From NCBI RefSeq assembly GCF_018350175.1, contig NC_058368.1, forward strand, positions 84,756,001 through 84,820,000: 64,000 nt of DNA. The letters are read 5' to 3'. The position numbers were made by a program, and so were the translations under genes. The stretch comes from Felis catus (Eukaryota). Under the pieces are notes generated by a model that worked only from the letters and a program-made list of their open reading frames with translations, was not told where the DNA came from and made no database searches. Positions 1 to 14,250 of the stretch are shown in pieces (position 1 is the stretch's first letter; each line of letters opens with the position of its first letter).

Positions 1-71
1 CACATTCTATAAAGTACAAAAAACTGTTGACAAAGAAGAAAACAAGTTTTACAATTAATTCAAGAATATAA

Positions 72-3000
72 AGAGGAGATACAATGGTGGAAAAGCATGT
101 ATACCCTGGGCTTGTCTTATCCCTGAAATGCAGCTACTTCACCACCAAACCATTTTGATTAATCCGAGGATTAACACAACATCTGCATAACCTGAGTCAC
201 AGAACTCAGCACATATGCAATGTGGAGAGGTGAACTGGGGGAAAGAAAAGCCAGAGAAAGTAGGGAGTGGTTTTCACAGAGAGACGACAGGGAGAAAATG
301 AAACCTGGAGAGTGCAGCACATCAGATTGTGCAATAAAAACCATTCCCCCCAAAAGTATCTGGAGAGAAAAACACAGATGGAGTGAAAACACTCACAGGG
401 GAATGAATAAGAAATCTTTCTCCAAAACAATTGACAGGGAGAAAAGAGAGTTTCAATACCACCAGGATTCTATAAACAGTGGAGCACAGAGTCTGAAGTT
501 TCAGAGTCAGTGCCTGGTGATGCTCTGGTGAAGAATTAAGGACCAGACAGTGAGGTCTGAGGGGCCCATGTGCCAAACAGGGAAAAATGATTGCCCTGCT
601 TGGGGATTATTTGATAGAGGCTATACAGCTTCCCCAGACAAAGGTCCCAGTGGACCCTGGTGAGCAGCCATATTTGCTAGTATTGGGACTAAGACACCAG
701 AGTGTGGTGAAACCTGATGCCAGCTGTGTTGTCATAATCTCTGAACTTCTGTTGCTGTGTGATCACATGAAAATTTTCTGGGGAAAACAAACACCTGGAC
801 ATTGCTCACTGAGGCCCTCCCACAGAAAGTAGGCTTGAGTCCAAGCCATGGGTAATCTCTGAAGGGTGGGGTTTTGAAACACAGACCTATCTGAAATAAA
901 ACCCTGGTATGAGGTACCACCTGGCAGATGGACAGTTTGGACAAGGACAGGCTAGAGGTGGGGAGATGACAGAAGCCTGAGGCAAAGGAGGGGTGCTTGA
1001 TTGCATGTCAGTGAGAGCTTGAAGTACCTATACCAGAGACTAGGGAGCTGGGTGAAGCCATTTCCACCTCCTCTGCACATGCACATGGGCACCACATTGA
1101 CCCATCCAATTTACGTAGCGCCATCTAGTGGAGAGCTATGCTGTTACAACAAACCCTGATGATCTGTGCCTTCTAAGCACAACCCCCAGAATACCATTAT
1201 AAGTCAGTCAACCTCCTTGGTGTACAGACTATAGAGGGCTTCACAGTTTTAATTCTAGGGGAAACTGGATGCAATGTCATTAGGGTTTATTCTGTTGGCT
1301 GGTTCATTTATTCTTTTTCATTTTCTTGCTTCTGATTTTGCTTATATTGTTTTCTTCATTCTTTCTTTTCTTTCCTTTTCTTGGATACAGAAAGAGAAAA
1401 AATATTTTTATTCTTTTTACATTATTTTTATGGTTTTAAAATGTTTCTCCTATTTCTTTTATTTAATTGTGTTATTATTTTTTTAATTTTTAAATTTTTT
1501 CTTACTTTTTTTTTCCTTTAGATTTTTCTCTAGTCTATAAACCTTTTTTCAACAAGCAGACCAAAACACACCTAGGATCTAACTTCCTTTATATGATTTT
1601 TTTGTTTTGTTTTAATGTTTTATTTTTTATTATTTATTTTGTTAATTTTGTCTTCAACATAAGAAAATAAAGGAATTCACCCCAAAAGAAATAACAGGAA
1701 AAATGACAGCTAGAGACTTAATCAACACAGGTATAAGTAAGATATCTGAAATAGAATTTAGAACCAGGATAATAAGAATACTGGTTGGGGTTGAAAAAAA
1801 CCATAGAAGACACCAGAGAATCCCTGTCTGCAGAGATAAAAGAAAAAAAAAATCTTGTTAGGCCAAATTTAAAAATGCTATAACCAAGATGCAATCTCAA
1901 ATAGATGCCATGTCAGCAAGAATGGATGAAGCAGAGCAACGAATCAGGGATATAGAAGATAAAATTATGGAGAATAATGAATCATAAAAAAAGAGGAAAA
2001 TAAAGGGAAAAGAACACTATACAAGACTTAGGGAACTCAGCGACTTATTAAAAAGGAATAACAACTGAATCATAGGTGTCGCAGAAGATGAACAGAGAGA
2101 AAAGTGTGCAGAAAATTATAGGGGAAACTTTCCTAATCTGTGGAAGGACACACATCAAAATCAAAGAAACACTGAACTGCCTTTAGATTCAACAAAAACC
2201 AAACATCACAAAGGCTATTATTGTCAAATTCACAGAATACACATAAACGTAAAGAATCATAAAAAGCCACAAGGAAAAAAAGTCCTTAACTTAACAAAGA
2301 CAGATGAAGTTCACAGCAGACCTATCCACAGAAACTTGACAGGCCATAAAGGAGTGGCAGAATATATTCAATGTGCTGAACCAGAAAAGTATGAAACCAA
2401 GAATTCTTTATCCAGTACTGCTTTCATTCAAAACAGGAGAGATAAAGGTTTCCCAGACAAACAAAAACTAAAGGAGTTTGTTACCACTAATCCAGCCCTG
2501 CAAAAATTTTTAAGGGGGGATTCTTTAAATGAAGAAAAGATAAAACAAAACAAATCAGACCAAAAGCAACAAAGACTAGAAAAGACCAGAGAAAATCACC
2601 AGAAACTCCAATTCTATATGCAACACAGTGGCACTAAGTTCATATAATTCAGTACTCACTCTAAAGGTAAATGGACTAAATGCTACAAACGAATGACATA
2701 CGGTATAAGAATGGATGAGAAAATAAGACTCATCTATATGCTCCTTATGGGAGACACATTTCAGACCTAAAGAAAACTTCAGATTGAAAGTAAGGGGATG
2801 GAGAACTAACTATTATGCTAATGTTCATCAAAGGAAGCTGTAGTAGCCATATTTATATCAGACAAACTAAATTTTAAAATAAAGACTATAAAAAGAGATA
2901 AAAAAGGGCATTATAATTAATGGGTCTATCCACCAAGAGATCTAAAAAGTGTAATATTTATACCCCCAATGTGAGGCACACAAATATATAAATCAAATAA

Positions 3001-6000
3001 TCAAAAACATAAAAACATTTATTGATAATAATACCATAATAGTAGGGGACTTCAAAACATCACTGACATCAATGGACAGATCATGTAAGCAGAAAATCAA
3101 CAAGGATACAATGGATTTGAATGACACAGTGGACTGGATAGACATAACAGATATATTCAGAACACTTTTTCCTAAAGCAGTAGAATACACATTCCTCTCA
3201 AGTGACTTGGAACAGTCTCCAGAATATATCACATACTGGGTCTCAAATCAGCCCTCAACAAGTACAAAAAAAATCAAGATCATACCTTGTGTATTTTCAC
3301 ATATGCAAAACCACGGAACTCGAAATAAATCACAACAAAAAATTTGGAATGGCCATGAATATTTGGAGATTAAAGAACATCCAACTAAAGAATGAATGCA
3401 TTAATGAAGAAATTGAAGAGGAAATTAAAAAGTACATGGAAGCCAATGAAAATGAAAACACGACCATCCAAAACCTTAGGTACGCAGAAAAGTCAGAAGA
3501 AGGAAGTAAATAGCAATCCAGGCATTCCTAAAGGTGGAAGAAACGTCTCAAATAGATAACTTACTCCTAAAAAAAGCTGGGAAAAGAAGAGCAAATAAAG
3601 CCCAAAACCAGCAAAAGAAGGGAAACAATAAAAATTAGAGCAGAAGTCAATGATACAGAAATTAAAACAAAAACAAACAAACAAACAAACAAAAACCCAG
3701 TAAAACAGATCAATAGAACCAGGAGCTGCTACTTTGAAAGAATTAACAAAATTGATAAGTCCCTAGCCAGATTGATCAAAAATAAAAAAAAGAAAGGGCC
3801 CAAATAAATAAAATCATGAATGAAAGAGGAGAGATCACAACCAACACTCCAGAAATAGAATCAATAAATAGAATACTATGAGCAATTATATGCCAACAAA
3901 TGGGGAAATCTGGAAGAAATGAACAAATTCCTAGAAACATATAAACTGCCAAAGCAAATACAGGAAGAAATACAATAAATTGATCAGATTGAAAAGAAAT
4001 TGAATAAGTTGAATAAATAATCACAAGTATCCCAATAAACAAGAGTCCAGGACTGGATGACTTTCCAGGGAATTTCTACCAGACATTTAAAGAAAAGGTA
4101 ACACCCATTCTTTTGAAGCTATTAAAAAAATTAGAAATGGAAAGAAAACTTCCAAACTCTTTCTAAAAGGACAGTATTACCTTGATTTCAAAACCAGAAA
4201 GAGACCCCAGTTAAAAAGAGAACTACAGACCAATTTCTCTGATGAACACGGATGCAAAAATTCTCAATAAGATACTAACAAACCAGATCCAACAATACAT
4301 TAAAAGATTTATTCACCATGATCATGTGGGATTTATTCCTGGTATGCAGGGCTGGTTCAAAATCCACAAGTCAATCAATGTGATGCATCACATTAGTAAA
4401 AGAAAGGATAAAAACAACATGATCTTCTCAATAGATGCAGAAAAAGCATTTGACAAAATAAAGCATTCTTTCTTGATAAAAATCCTCACAAAAGTAGGGA
4501 TAGAAGGAATATACCTCAAGGTCATAAAGGCCATATATGAAAGACCCACAGCTTACATCATCCTCATTGGGGAAAAGCTTAGAGATTTGCCTCTAAGATA
4601 GGAACACAAAAGGGATGTCCACTCTCACCACTGTTATTCAACATACTATTAGAATTGCAGCCTCAACAATCAGACAACAAAAAGAAATAAAAGACATCCA
4701 AATTGGCTAGGAAGAAGTCAAATTTTAACTCTTCACACACAACATGATACTCTATGTGGAAAACCCAAAAGACTCCACCAGAAAACTGCTAGAACTGATA
4801 CATGAATTCAACAGAGTCTCAGGATATAAAATCAATGTACAGAACTTGTTTGTATTTCAGTCAACCAATAACAAAGCAGCATAAAAAGAAATCAAGAAAT
4901 TGATCCCATTTACAATTACACCAAAAACTATAAAATAACTAGGAATAAACCAAACCAAAGAGGTGAAAAATCTATACGCTGAAAACTCTAGAAAGATATG
5001 AAAAAAGTTGATGAAGACACACACACAAACATGGAAAAACATTCCATGCTCATGAGGTGTAAGAACAAATATTGTTAAAATGTCACTACTACCAAAAACA
5101 ATCTACTTATTTAATGCATTCTCTATTAAAATAACACCAGTATTCTTCACAGAGCTAGAACAAACAATCCTAAAATCTGTATGGAACCAGAAAATACCCC
5201 TAATAGCCAAAGTAGTGTTGAAAAACAAAACCAAATTTGGAGCCATAACACTTCAGGACTTCAAGCTGTATTAAAAAAGCTCTAATCATCAAGACAGTAT
5301 GATACTGGCACAAAAACAGACACATAGGTCAATGTATCAACAGAATTAAGAACCCAGAAATGGACCACAAATGTATACATGTGGACCCTAATCTTTGACA
5401 AAGTAGAAAAGAATATGCAATGGAAAAAAGAGAGTCTCTTCAGCAAATGGTGTTGGGAAAATGATAGTGACACGCAGAACAATCAACCTGGACCACTTTC
5501 TTACAACAAACACAAAAATTGACTCAAAATGCATAGAGATAAAAGGCATGAAGCCATTAAAATCATAGAGGAGAACACAGGCAACAACCTCTGTGACCTC
5601 GGCTGCAGGAACTTCTTACTTGTCATGTATCCAGAAGCAAGGGAGACAAAAGAAAAAGTGAACATTTTTTATTTGGACCTCATCAAGATAAAAAAAAAAA
5701 AAAAACTTCTGCACAGGGATGGAAACAATCAGCAAAATTAAAAGGCAACTGATGGAATGGGAGAAGATATTTGCAAGTAAAATATGGGATAAAGTGTTAG
5801 TATCCAAAATCTATAAACAACTTATCACAATCAACACCCTCCCCTCAAAACAAACCCCACCAATAAACCAGTAAATAAATGGGCAAAAGATATGAGTAGA
5901 AAATTTTCCAAAGAATATTTCCAGATGGCAAACAGACACATGAAAAGATGCTCATCACTCGTAATCAGGGGAATACAAATCAACACTACAATGAGACACC

Positions 6001-6732
6001 ACCTCACACCTGTCAGAATGGGTAAAATTAAGGCAATGACATATGGTGGCAAATATTAGGAGAAAGAGGAAAACTTTACACTGCTGGTGGGAATGCAAAC
6101 TGGTGCAGATAGTCTGGAAAACTGTATGGAGATTCCTCAAGAAATTAAAAATAGAACTACCCTATGGCCTAGCAATTTCACTACTAGGCACTTATCCAAA
6201 GGATACAAATTGCTGATTCAATGTGGCACATGCACCCAAATGTTTAGAACAGCACTATCGACAATTGACAAAGTGTGGAAAGAGCCCAAATATCCATCGA
6301 CTGATGAATGGATAAAGAACAGGTGCTATACATATATACAATGGAACACTACACTGGGATCAAAAAGAATGAAATCTTGCCTTTTGGAACTATGTGGATG
6401 GAATTAGAGTGTATTATGCTAAGTGAAATATATATATGATTTCAATCACATGTGGAATTTAAGAAACAAAAAAGATGAAGATGTGGGAAGGGAAGCAAAA
6501 ATAAGATAAAAACAAAGAGGAAGACAAACCATATGAGACACTTAAATACAGAGAACAAACTGAAGGTTGCTGGTGGGTTACTGGGTAGGGGGATGGGCTA
6601 ATGGGTGTTGAAAATTTAGGAGGACACTTATTGGATGAGCACTGGGTGTTTTATGTCAGTGATGAATCACTAAATTCTATTCCTGAAATCATTACACTGT
6701 ATGTTAACTCACTTGGATTTAAATTAAAAAAA
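72..6732 (+). mobile_element. Full-length, decayed LINE-1 of an older carnivore subfamily: 5'UTR, ORF1 about 1660-2530, ORF2 about 2620-6430, 3'UTR and A-tail
   Basis: The 5' end gagatacaatggtggaaaagcatg resembles the L1 start at 34086 (gagccaagatggcagaacaacatgg). ORF fragments are L1 peptides ([53 protein letters not shown]) broken by many stops and frameshifts. It ends in a 3'UTR and A-run at about 6730. Confidence 0.93.
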
Positions 6733-7205
6733 TATCAAGTTATATGTGATTAATTTTCTGTGTTGTTTTCCTGTTTATTTAAATCCACTCCACCATTGCA
6801 TTTATTTTTTCAGGTGTAACTTATTGGAGCTCTTTTTCTGTCCATATAACATTGTTATAAATTCTATATCAAATGTAAAACAAGATAATCTAGACCAAAC
6901 ACACGTATTATGTTTGCTCAACAATTGGAATAGAAAACATATATAATATTTACACTTCTCATCATCTACTGTATAAATAAGTGAGGCCCCAGCAATGAAC
7001 CCTAGGTGAAAAGATGCATAATCATACTTAGCAATGAGGGAATTGGTGGATCCAAGGCAGATCCTGGCCTTGAGGGATGTAATAACATTAAGTTGATCAT
7101 CAATGTTTCCTGAAGAAAGATTATTGATCAAAAAAAGGGGAATTATACAGAAAATTTCAATTTTTAATTCTGTGGGCTCTCTTGGGCTCTCAGGGAAACC
7201 ATATA

Positions 7206-7427
7206 TTTTTAAATATTTATTTATGTATTTATTTATTTATTTTGAGAGAAATAGAGCACACACTCATGGAAGAATGTGGGAGAGGCAGAGAGAAAAAATG
7301 AGAATCCAAAGCAAGCTTTGCACTGTCAGTGCAGAGCCTCATTGCAGAGCTCATTCCCACGAACTTTGAGAGCATGACATGAGCCAAAATCAGGAGTCAG
7401 ATGCTTAATTGAGCAATCCAGGTGCCA
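7206..7427 (-). mobile_element. CanSINE/SINEC, diverged
   Basis: tttatttatttttgagaga...ccaggtgcc is the reverse complement of the tRNA-derived head, CT-rich body and AATAAA tail. Confidence 0.88.
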
Positions 7428-7891
7428 CTTATCTTTCTGCTTTTAAGGTGTATTCTTTATCACTGTATTTTGCCAATTTAATTAGAATATGTCTTGGTGT
7501 GAATCTGCTTTTGTTGATATTTGGAGGGTTCTTTGTGCCCCCTGGATCTCCATATTTGTTTCCTTCCACAGATTAAGAAGATTTCTGGTATTATTTCTTC
7601 AAATAATTTTTTGTCCCCTTTTTATCTCTCATTTTCTTCTGGGACTCTTATAATATGAAGGTTATTTCACTTGACTGAGTCACTGAGTTCTCTCAGTCTT
7701 TTTTCTTTTTGCATCATTTTTTATTCTCTCTTTTGTTCAAATCGATTACTTTCCAATACTTTGTCTTCTGGATCATCAATTAATTCTACTTCTTCCAGTT
7801 TGCTGTCCATCCCATCAAGCATGTTTCTCATTTATTTTACTGAACGCTTTATCTCTTATATGTTATTCCTTATTTATTTTTCATGTTTATT

Positions 7892-7940
<49 letters not shown>

Positions 7941-9412
7941 GAGGATCTGAAACAGTCTCTGCACTGACATCTGAAAACCCAATGTAGGACTCAAATCCGC
8001 AAACTGCCAGATCATGACCTGAGCTGAAGTCAGCCTGCTTAATGGATTGAGGCACCCAGGTGCCCTTGGTATCCTTATTTCTGCATTAAGAGTCTTACTC
8101 ACATCCTCCACTCTTTTTTCACATCCAGGGTATATATGTAAAATAATTGCTTTAAATATTACATTAGGCATGTTATTCATGTTACTCATATCTGTTTTGC
8201 TCTGGCCACGCCTTTGTGTTGTTCTTTCATTTGGTATGAATTCCTCTGTCTTCTCATTTTGTCTCCATCTCTGTGCCTCTTTCTGTGTATTAAGAAAGTC
8301 TGCTACATCTCCTTTTCATGAGGATTTTGATCACTTAATGGAGAATAAGTGGTGTAGTCTCCCCCCCACACATACACATAGTGTCCCCTATTTCCCAGGG
8401 CATGACCCTTCTGGGAATATATCCAATGTGTTTGGTTTATACCCTTCTGATCACTTTATCCTTCAGTCCAATCATTTGTTGAGGCTTTCTTTGCATGTTG
8501 TGAACAGTGTTTGGTCCCTTACCTGAATGGGGTGAATTTTAAAAAGGTGTGTTTTGGTCTGCTTGTGAAATGAGATGTGTTGCCACCACTACTGGAACTG
8601 ACACCCACAAAACTCTTCAGAGTTGGGGTGTGGGCAGTGGTTTGGGCAGATATTCTGAGGGTGGGGCATGTTGTGTTGGCACTGAAACAAGTGTGACCAG
8701 GAAGGGTACTTTACTAGAGAATGGGGGCACAGCTCGGTGTAAGCAGTTAGGTAGCTAGTGATTGTACTACACAGGTTCCCACAGGTAGTCCTGAGCTTAT
8801 GCTGAGTGGTGGAGAGGGAGGTGCTGTCTGCCAGTTCCTTTTCTCCCAGAGAGTTCTCTCCATTAATGCTGCTTCTCTGGGAGAGGCTCCAAGATGAGCA
8901 AATAACCTCCACTCTGTGCTCCATGTTCTCTACATAATGTCTTTCCATACTGTGTGTTGGCAAGTTCTTTTCCTGTCTTTTTTTCTAAAAGTAGTCCCAT
9001 TGCCATCAGGCTCTATCCCAGCCAAGGCTGCTGATTTTTGAAACTTCAGGCTGAAGTCCAGTTTGTTGCCAGAAGTCACACAATTAAGCCCCTCTCATTT
9101 TCCAAGACAATTGCTATAGGGATTTATTTTCCCTGTACTCTCTCCTGTATGTTACTCTGTTTCTTGCCCTTCTACATGTCTGTTGCTCCCTCCTAACTGC
9201 AGAAACTATGATCCATTTCTCTCCTAAAGCATGTCTTCACATTCTTTGATGCTGCCTCTTCTCTTACTTTAGTTGTGGAGTTTATTCTGCCAGTCTGGTT
9301 CTGACAGTTTGATTTCTGAGGTATTTAGGATGATTTAATGGTTATATAGTTATATTCATGGGAAAAGGCATGCCTAAGATCTCCCTCTCTGCAACCACTT
9401 TCCAATCTCCTC
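7428..9412 (-). mobile_element. LINE-1 5' fragment (5'UTR plus partial ORF1), decayed
   Basis: Antisense ORF1-like sequence similar to 59270-59830, followed by 5'UTR-like sequence ending near 9410. Confidence 0.8.
7875..8065 (-). mobile_element. CanSINE inserted in L1 ORF1
   Basis: (GA)n body and caggtgccc end; flanked by the imperfect duplication t(g/t)atccttattt. Confidence 0.9.
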
Positions 9413-9419
9413 AGAGGGT

Positions 9420-9716
9420 ATTTTTCTGAATAAAATGTCAGAGAAAGAAAAATAACATGATTTCACTTATAGGGTGAATTTAAATAAACAAAACAAAATC
9501 ATACTCATAGATACAGAGAACAGATTGGTGGAACAGGGAGAACAGAGGAAACAGGTTTCATGAATGGGAAAATGGGTGAAGGGGGTTAATTGAATGGTGG
9601 CAAATGGTAACTAGAGTGTGATGAACACTTTATAGTGTATACAAATATTGTCTTATTATATTTTACTCTTGAAACTAAAATAATGTTATACACCAATTTT
9701 ATCTCAATTATAAAAA
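9420..9716 (+). mobile_element. Old L1 3'-end fragment (L1MA-like)
   Basis: cagagaaagaaaaataacatgatttcactta...atagatacagagaacagattggtgg...caattttatctcaat is typical of an L1MA 3'UTR. Confidence 0.7.
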
Positions 9717-10499
9717 TTATATCAACAACTATAATAACAAAGTGTTTATTGCCATGTGAAGGAGCCATCTCCATTTCCCATAGGTCTTTCCCCAATCACC
9801 TTCCCTGTATTATCCTTTTCCTGTACCTCCCCAGGCAGACTTGGAAGAGTGATTGGCTCAGGGTTTAACAGAGGAAAGACAAATAAATACTCTATTAATA
9901 AGAAAAAAATGTGGTTAATTGACAGAATTAATTTGTATTTTGCAAACTTCCCTCTTTTTCTTGTCACAGATATTATTGACAAACAACTTAGCAGCCCTGG
10001 AATTTAACTGCTAGAATTACATTTTCTATATCTAATGTATAGCATAATAACTATAATAAACACTTAGAATCACTGCAATGTATACTTTAAAGGTGCTATG
10101 AGAGTAGAGATTTAATGTTATCATCTTAACAACAGAAAGAAAATGGTAACTATGTGAGGGGTAGAATGTGTAAATAACCTTCTGTGGTAACCATTTGGGA
10201 ATCTATACATGTATCAAGTTATAATATTGTCCACCTTAATCTCACACAGTGATATATGTCTACTATATCTCAATAAAAATATTTTTAAAAGCAGAATTAC
10301 TTAAGAATAAAAAGTAACTGGGTACTATAGTATATAGTATACTATATATGGTATAAAAGTACACTATATATATTTTTTGAGATATAAAAGTAACCACCAC
10401 AAGGACCTACAGTAGATAATATGGCAATACCTGACTTATCATAGCATTATTATTATTATTAGGTATTATTAACTATTAAGTATTATTAAGTATTGTTAA

Positions 10500-12355
10500 T
10501 ACTTAATAAAATATTAAAAAGTAAAGAGCAGAGGACATGTTTGCATTTATTACGCATTGCAATCTGACTATGATCCCCAGAAGAGCCCAGAGTTCTATGG
10601 AATGCTTTCTAGGAATACCAAAACATCATTGAGAATTTCATATTCAGCTGCCTGTTTTGGCCAAAATTAATGGACAAATATATTGCTGTGTAACCAGAGC
10701 TACATATATAAGTGGTAAAGAAATTACACAGGAATAACATGGACCAAGTGGTGCCATAAACACTTTAAAAGCATAGGTTACAAAAGGGACATGGACGCTG
10801 ATACTCTTAAGCTGAGATATATGTGCAGCCACCAGGAATATTGCTTAATTTATAAAATTAATTAAAAATAAAGACGACGAGTGAAATCAGATGACAGTTG
10901 TCATCAGGAAAAATTAAATTATTATCTCCTATTTTGAATCCATACTCAGTCCCAGAACTTATCCAATTAAAAAGTCACCAGTTCACCTTGAAGAAAGGTC
11001 CAACAATGCCACAATAATTGTATGTGGGCACTATATATCAATCCTTTTCCAAAGAAACTTGCACCTACATAGAAGAATGGATTTGTCAGATCAGGCTTAC
11101 GTGAAAAAATACAATAGACTGGGTAGATTAAATATCAGATATTTATTCTCATAAGTTCTGGAGGCTAGGAATTCTAAGATCAAGCTACAGGCCAGTTTGG
11201 CTCCCAGTGAGACCTCTCTTCTTATTTTTACAGAAAGCCGCCTCACATGGCATTGCATGATTTTGAAGAGAAGGAGAATTATATCTGGTATCCCTCAAAA
11301 GCACACTAATCCTTAAATCAAAGCCATACCAATACGAGCTAATTTAACCTTAATTACTTCTATAACATTCTTATCCCCAAATCCCTCTTCATTTGCAGTT
11401 AGGGTATCCAACATAGAAATTTGAGATGGTGCAATGCACAGAGCAAGACACCCTAGGGAAAGCAAAATCCTGATATCTCTTGAGAGCTGTTAGTTACAGC
11501 ATCTGAGCTAATCTTAGAGGACTCTGTTTTGTAATGAAATGCCCTTCTCACTACAATTGACCCATATGGGAAATTCGTGCTCTCCATCACATCTACTTTT
11601 GCTCTTCTGAATAAAGTTCCAGGTTACTTATTGAGTACCAATGTTTGTTTATAAGAGACATATTAACAGTTCTTCTAAACCAAAACCTGGGAATGCCAGT
11701 AGATGTATTGAGCTCCACATACCAGCATAGTCTTTGTGGGCAAATTCCAAATTACCTTGTATCTTATATTGGAAGAAAACCATATTTTTATTGAGAATTG
11801 GTCATTATTCTTGGTTGTCTTATGTGCACACCAATCACCTGACCTACTTTCTATGTGCAGGCATAAAACTGTGTGAATGGTATTTAAGGTTTCCCTTCAT
11901 TTTGACTTCTGGCTGAGTGTAACTCATGGAATATCCACTTCACTATTCTGTGCTCCCATATTCCACTTCCCCTTTCAAGACTAAATTAATTGCTACCCAT
12001 TTGATAGGAGTGCTAGTATCAGACACCCTCAACTAAGTCTTTATCAAGGAATTGTTCTTGTTTGAGGAACACTGCCTAGGCCAAGGCCATGCTCCCTTCC
12101 TGGGGACAGGCCACATCCTACCAATGCTCTTGTTGGGGCACAAGAGGAACCCCTTTCCCTATAGCAAGACAACTTAGAAGGAAAATGTTAGAACTCCTCC
12201 TGGGGTAGCTGATAACTTTGTTATAACTGCAAGACAGTTCAACATCTCCCTGTGCCCAATTCTGCTTCCTTCATTCTTAGGGACTTATTCCTAAGGGAAC
12301 TCCACAATAACTTCTTGCATGCCTATCTCTGTCTCAGAGTCTGTGTCCCAAACAT
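10500..12355 (+). mobile_element. Ancient ERVL-class relic: internal fragments ending in an LTR16-like LTR (about 11930-12355)
   Basis: ccttgaagaaaggtcc...ccttttccaaagaaactt and gggaaagcaaaatcc...gttagttacagcatctgagcta resemble ERVL gag/pro sequence from memory. ctgtgcccaattctgcttcctt...aataacttcttgcatgcctatctctgtctcagagtctg resembles the LTR16 3' end. Confidence 0.5.
11084..11450. mobile_element. MaLR solo LTR (MLT1A/B-like) nested in the ERVL relic
   Basis: aaaatacaatagactgggtagattaaa...tttattctcataagttctggaggctaggaattctaagatcaag matches the characteristic MLT1 motif; tg...ca ends. Confidence 0.7.
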
Positions 12356-13169
12356 CATGAAATGTTTTCTGTGCATGGGTAGGATAACAACAGAATATTT
12401 TATCCTGCTGGCTTCTTGGTTTTGCACTCTGGCCAGGTGTGAGCACTTGTTAGATGGACTTTTCCACACAGTCTGTTTTAGTGATGTCTGGAAATTCCAT
12501 CCCACATTTCTTCAGGAGGAGTGGTGGACAATACATCCTATTCTTGCTAAGATTAAGGTCTAGTAAAAAATTTCTTGGTTTCTTTAAATTTTCCCACATA
12601 ATTAAAAATAATACTAAATGCATCTCAATGTAGACATCCCAGTTCACTGTGATTTCAGTTTTCTTATGGAGTTCTGAAAGGTATTTCCACTTTTTTCTTG
12701 ATATGAAGCTTCTGTGATCTTCATTATCATGTTCTCTGGGAACTTATAATTTGATATACATTGAAAAAAGTCTACTCAACATCCAAAGGCATAAGCACAT
12801 TTAAAATCTATGATGTTCTCTCTTTATAAACAAATAAAATACCAATTATTACGGATCACCTGGAGTAAGCAATTAAAACACACTCTTGTCCAGATGTACC
12901 TTTTTCCAATGAAATATTCTGCGATGCATGTATTTTATATATACATATATTAACAGGTGTGGAATGTGATACTTATATTTACTCTTACAAAATTCAATCA
13001 TAGAAGTGTTAAAAATGAATCCAAGAACCAAGATTTTCCCAGAAACTAAACTCCAAACATTGATAAAATATGAAGAAACAACTCAGATAGAATCAAACTG
13101 AAATTTAATTGGCACAACAGATGCAATCTGTTGTAGGTTAGTTTCAGTTATCATTTATTTTATTATTTA

Positions 13170-13383
13170 TTTAATTTTTTAATGTTTATTTATTTCTGAG
13201 ACAGAAAGAGACAGAGCATAAGTGGGGGAAGAGCAGGGAGAGAGAGAGACACAGAATCCGAAGCAGGCTCCAGGCTCTGAGCTGTCAGCACGGAGCCCGA
13301 CGTGGGGCTTGAACTCATAAACTGCAAGATCATGACCCGAGCCGAAGTTGGACACTCAACCGACCGAGCCACTTAGGCGTCCC
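13170..13383 (-). mobile_element. CanSINE
   Basis: Full body; TSD catttattttattattta on both sides. Confidence 0.95.
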
Positions 13384-13456
13384 ATTTATTTTATTATTTA
13401 AATACAAAGAAACATAAACTCTAAAATAAAAATGACATAATATGTCTCAGACTATT

Positions 13457-13876
13457 TGTCTGAAATTTTCTTGTCCAGTAAGAGAGCAGACACAGGATCG
13501 AATACAAGAGAGGCCAATCTCTGGGAGGAGACAAGAGCCCCCAGCAGGGGTTTGATCTTCATATTTATTGAACTTTCAAGATTTTGCATATGTGGTGAAT
13601 GTGCAGAAGGAAACAATCAGATAGTAATTAACTTCAGTGTGTAAGAAGCAAAGGGTCTGGGGGGCAAGTGGAGTTTGAAGTTGTGATCAAAGTATATTGG
13701 CACCTGATGTAAAGTAGTTTCCTGCAGGTAATATAACAAGTTACTTGTGATTGCATTATAAATCTCACTAAATAACCTTGGGTGCTTTTTCCCTGTGGCG
13801 GTGGCTTTCCACCCTAAGCTTTTTTTTTTAACCCATTTATTTAAGTATAAGGAATTCTTGAACGTATTTCCCCACA
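13457..13876. mobile_element. Possible solo ERV LTR
   Basis: About 420 bp bounded by tgt...aca, with an antisense AATAAA (tttatt, about 13564). No clean TSD is visible. Confidence 0.35.
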
Positions 13877-13990
13877 ATAATATAAATATAAACTTTGAAA
13901 CTTATGGAACACAGAGATTCTGTCAATTTAAGTTCCAAAAAATAGCTGAATTTCAAAATGAATTTCACATTTCTTTTTCTTTTTCAAGTC

Positions 13991-14250
13991 TTTTTTTTTT
14001 AATTGCAGTTAAACATACAGTGTAATATTAGTTTCAGGTGTAGGATTTAGTGATGAATCATTTACATGCAACATTCAGTGCTCATCACAAGTACCCTCCT
14101 TAATAGCCATCACCCATTTAATCTGTCACCCTGCCCACCTCACCTCCAGCAAACCTCAGTTTATTCTTTATACATAACAGCCTATTTTAAGGTTTGACTC
14201 TCTTTCCTCCCCCATATTCATATGTTTTGTTTCTTAAATTCCATATATAC
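13991..14250 (-). mobile_element. 5'-truncated L1 3'UTR fragment
   Basis: PolyT followed by cagtgctcatcacaagtaccctccttaatagccatcaccc, the antisense carnivore L1 3'UTR. Confidence 0.82.
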
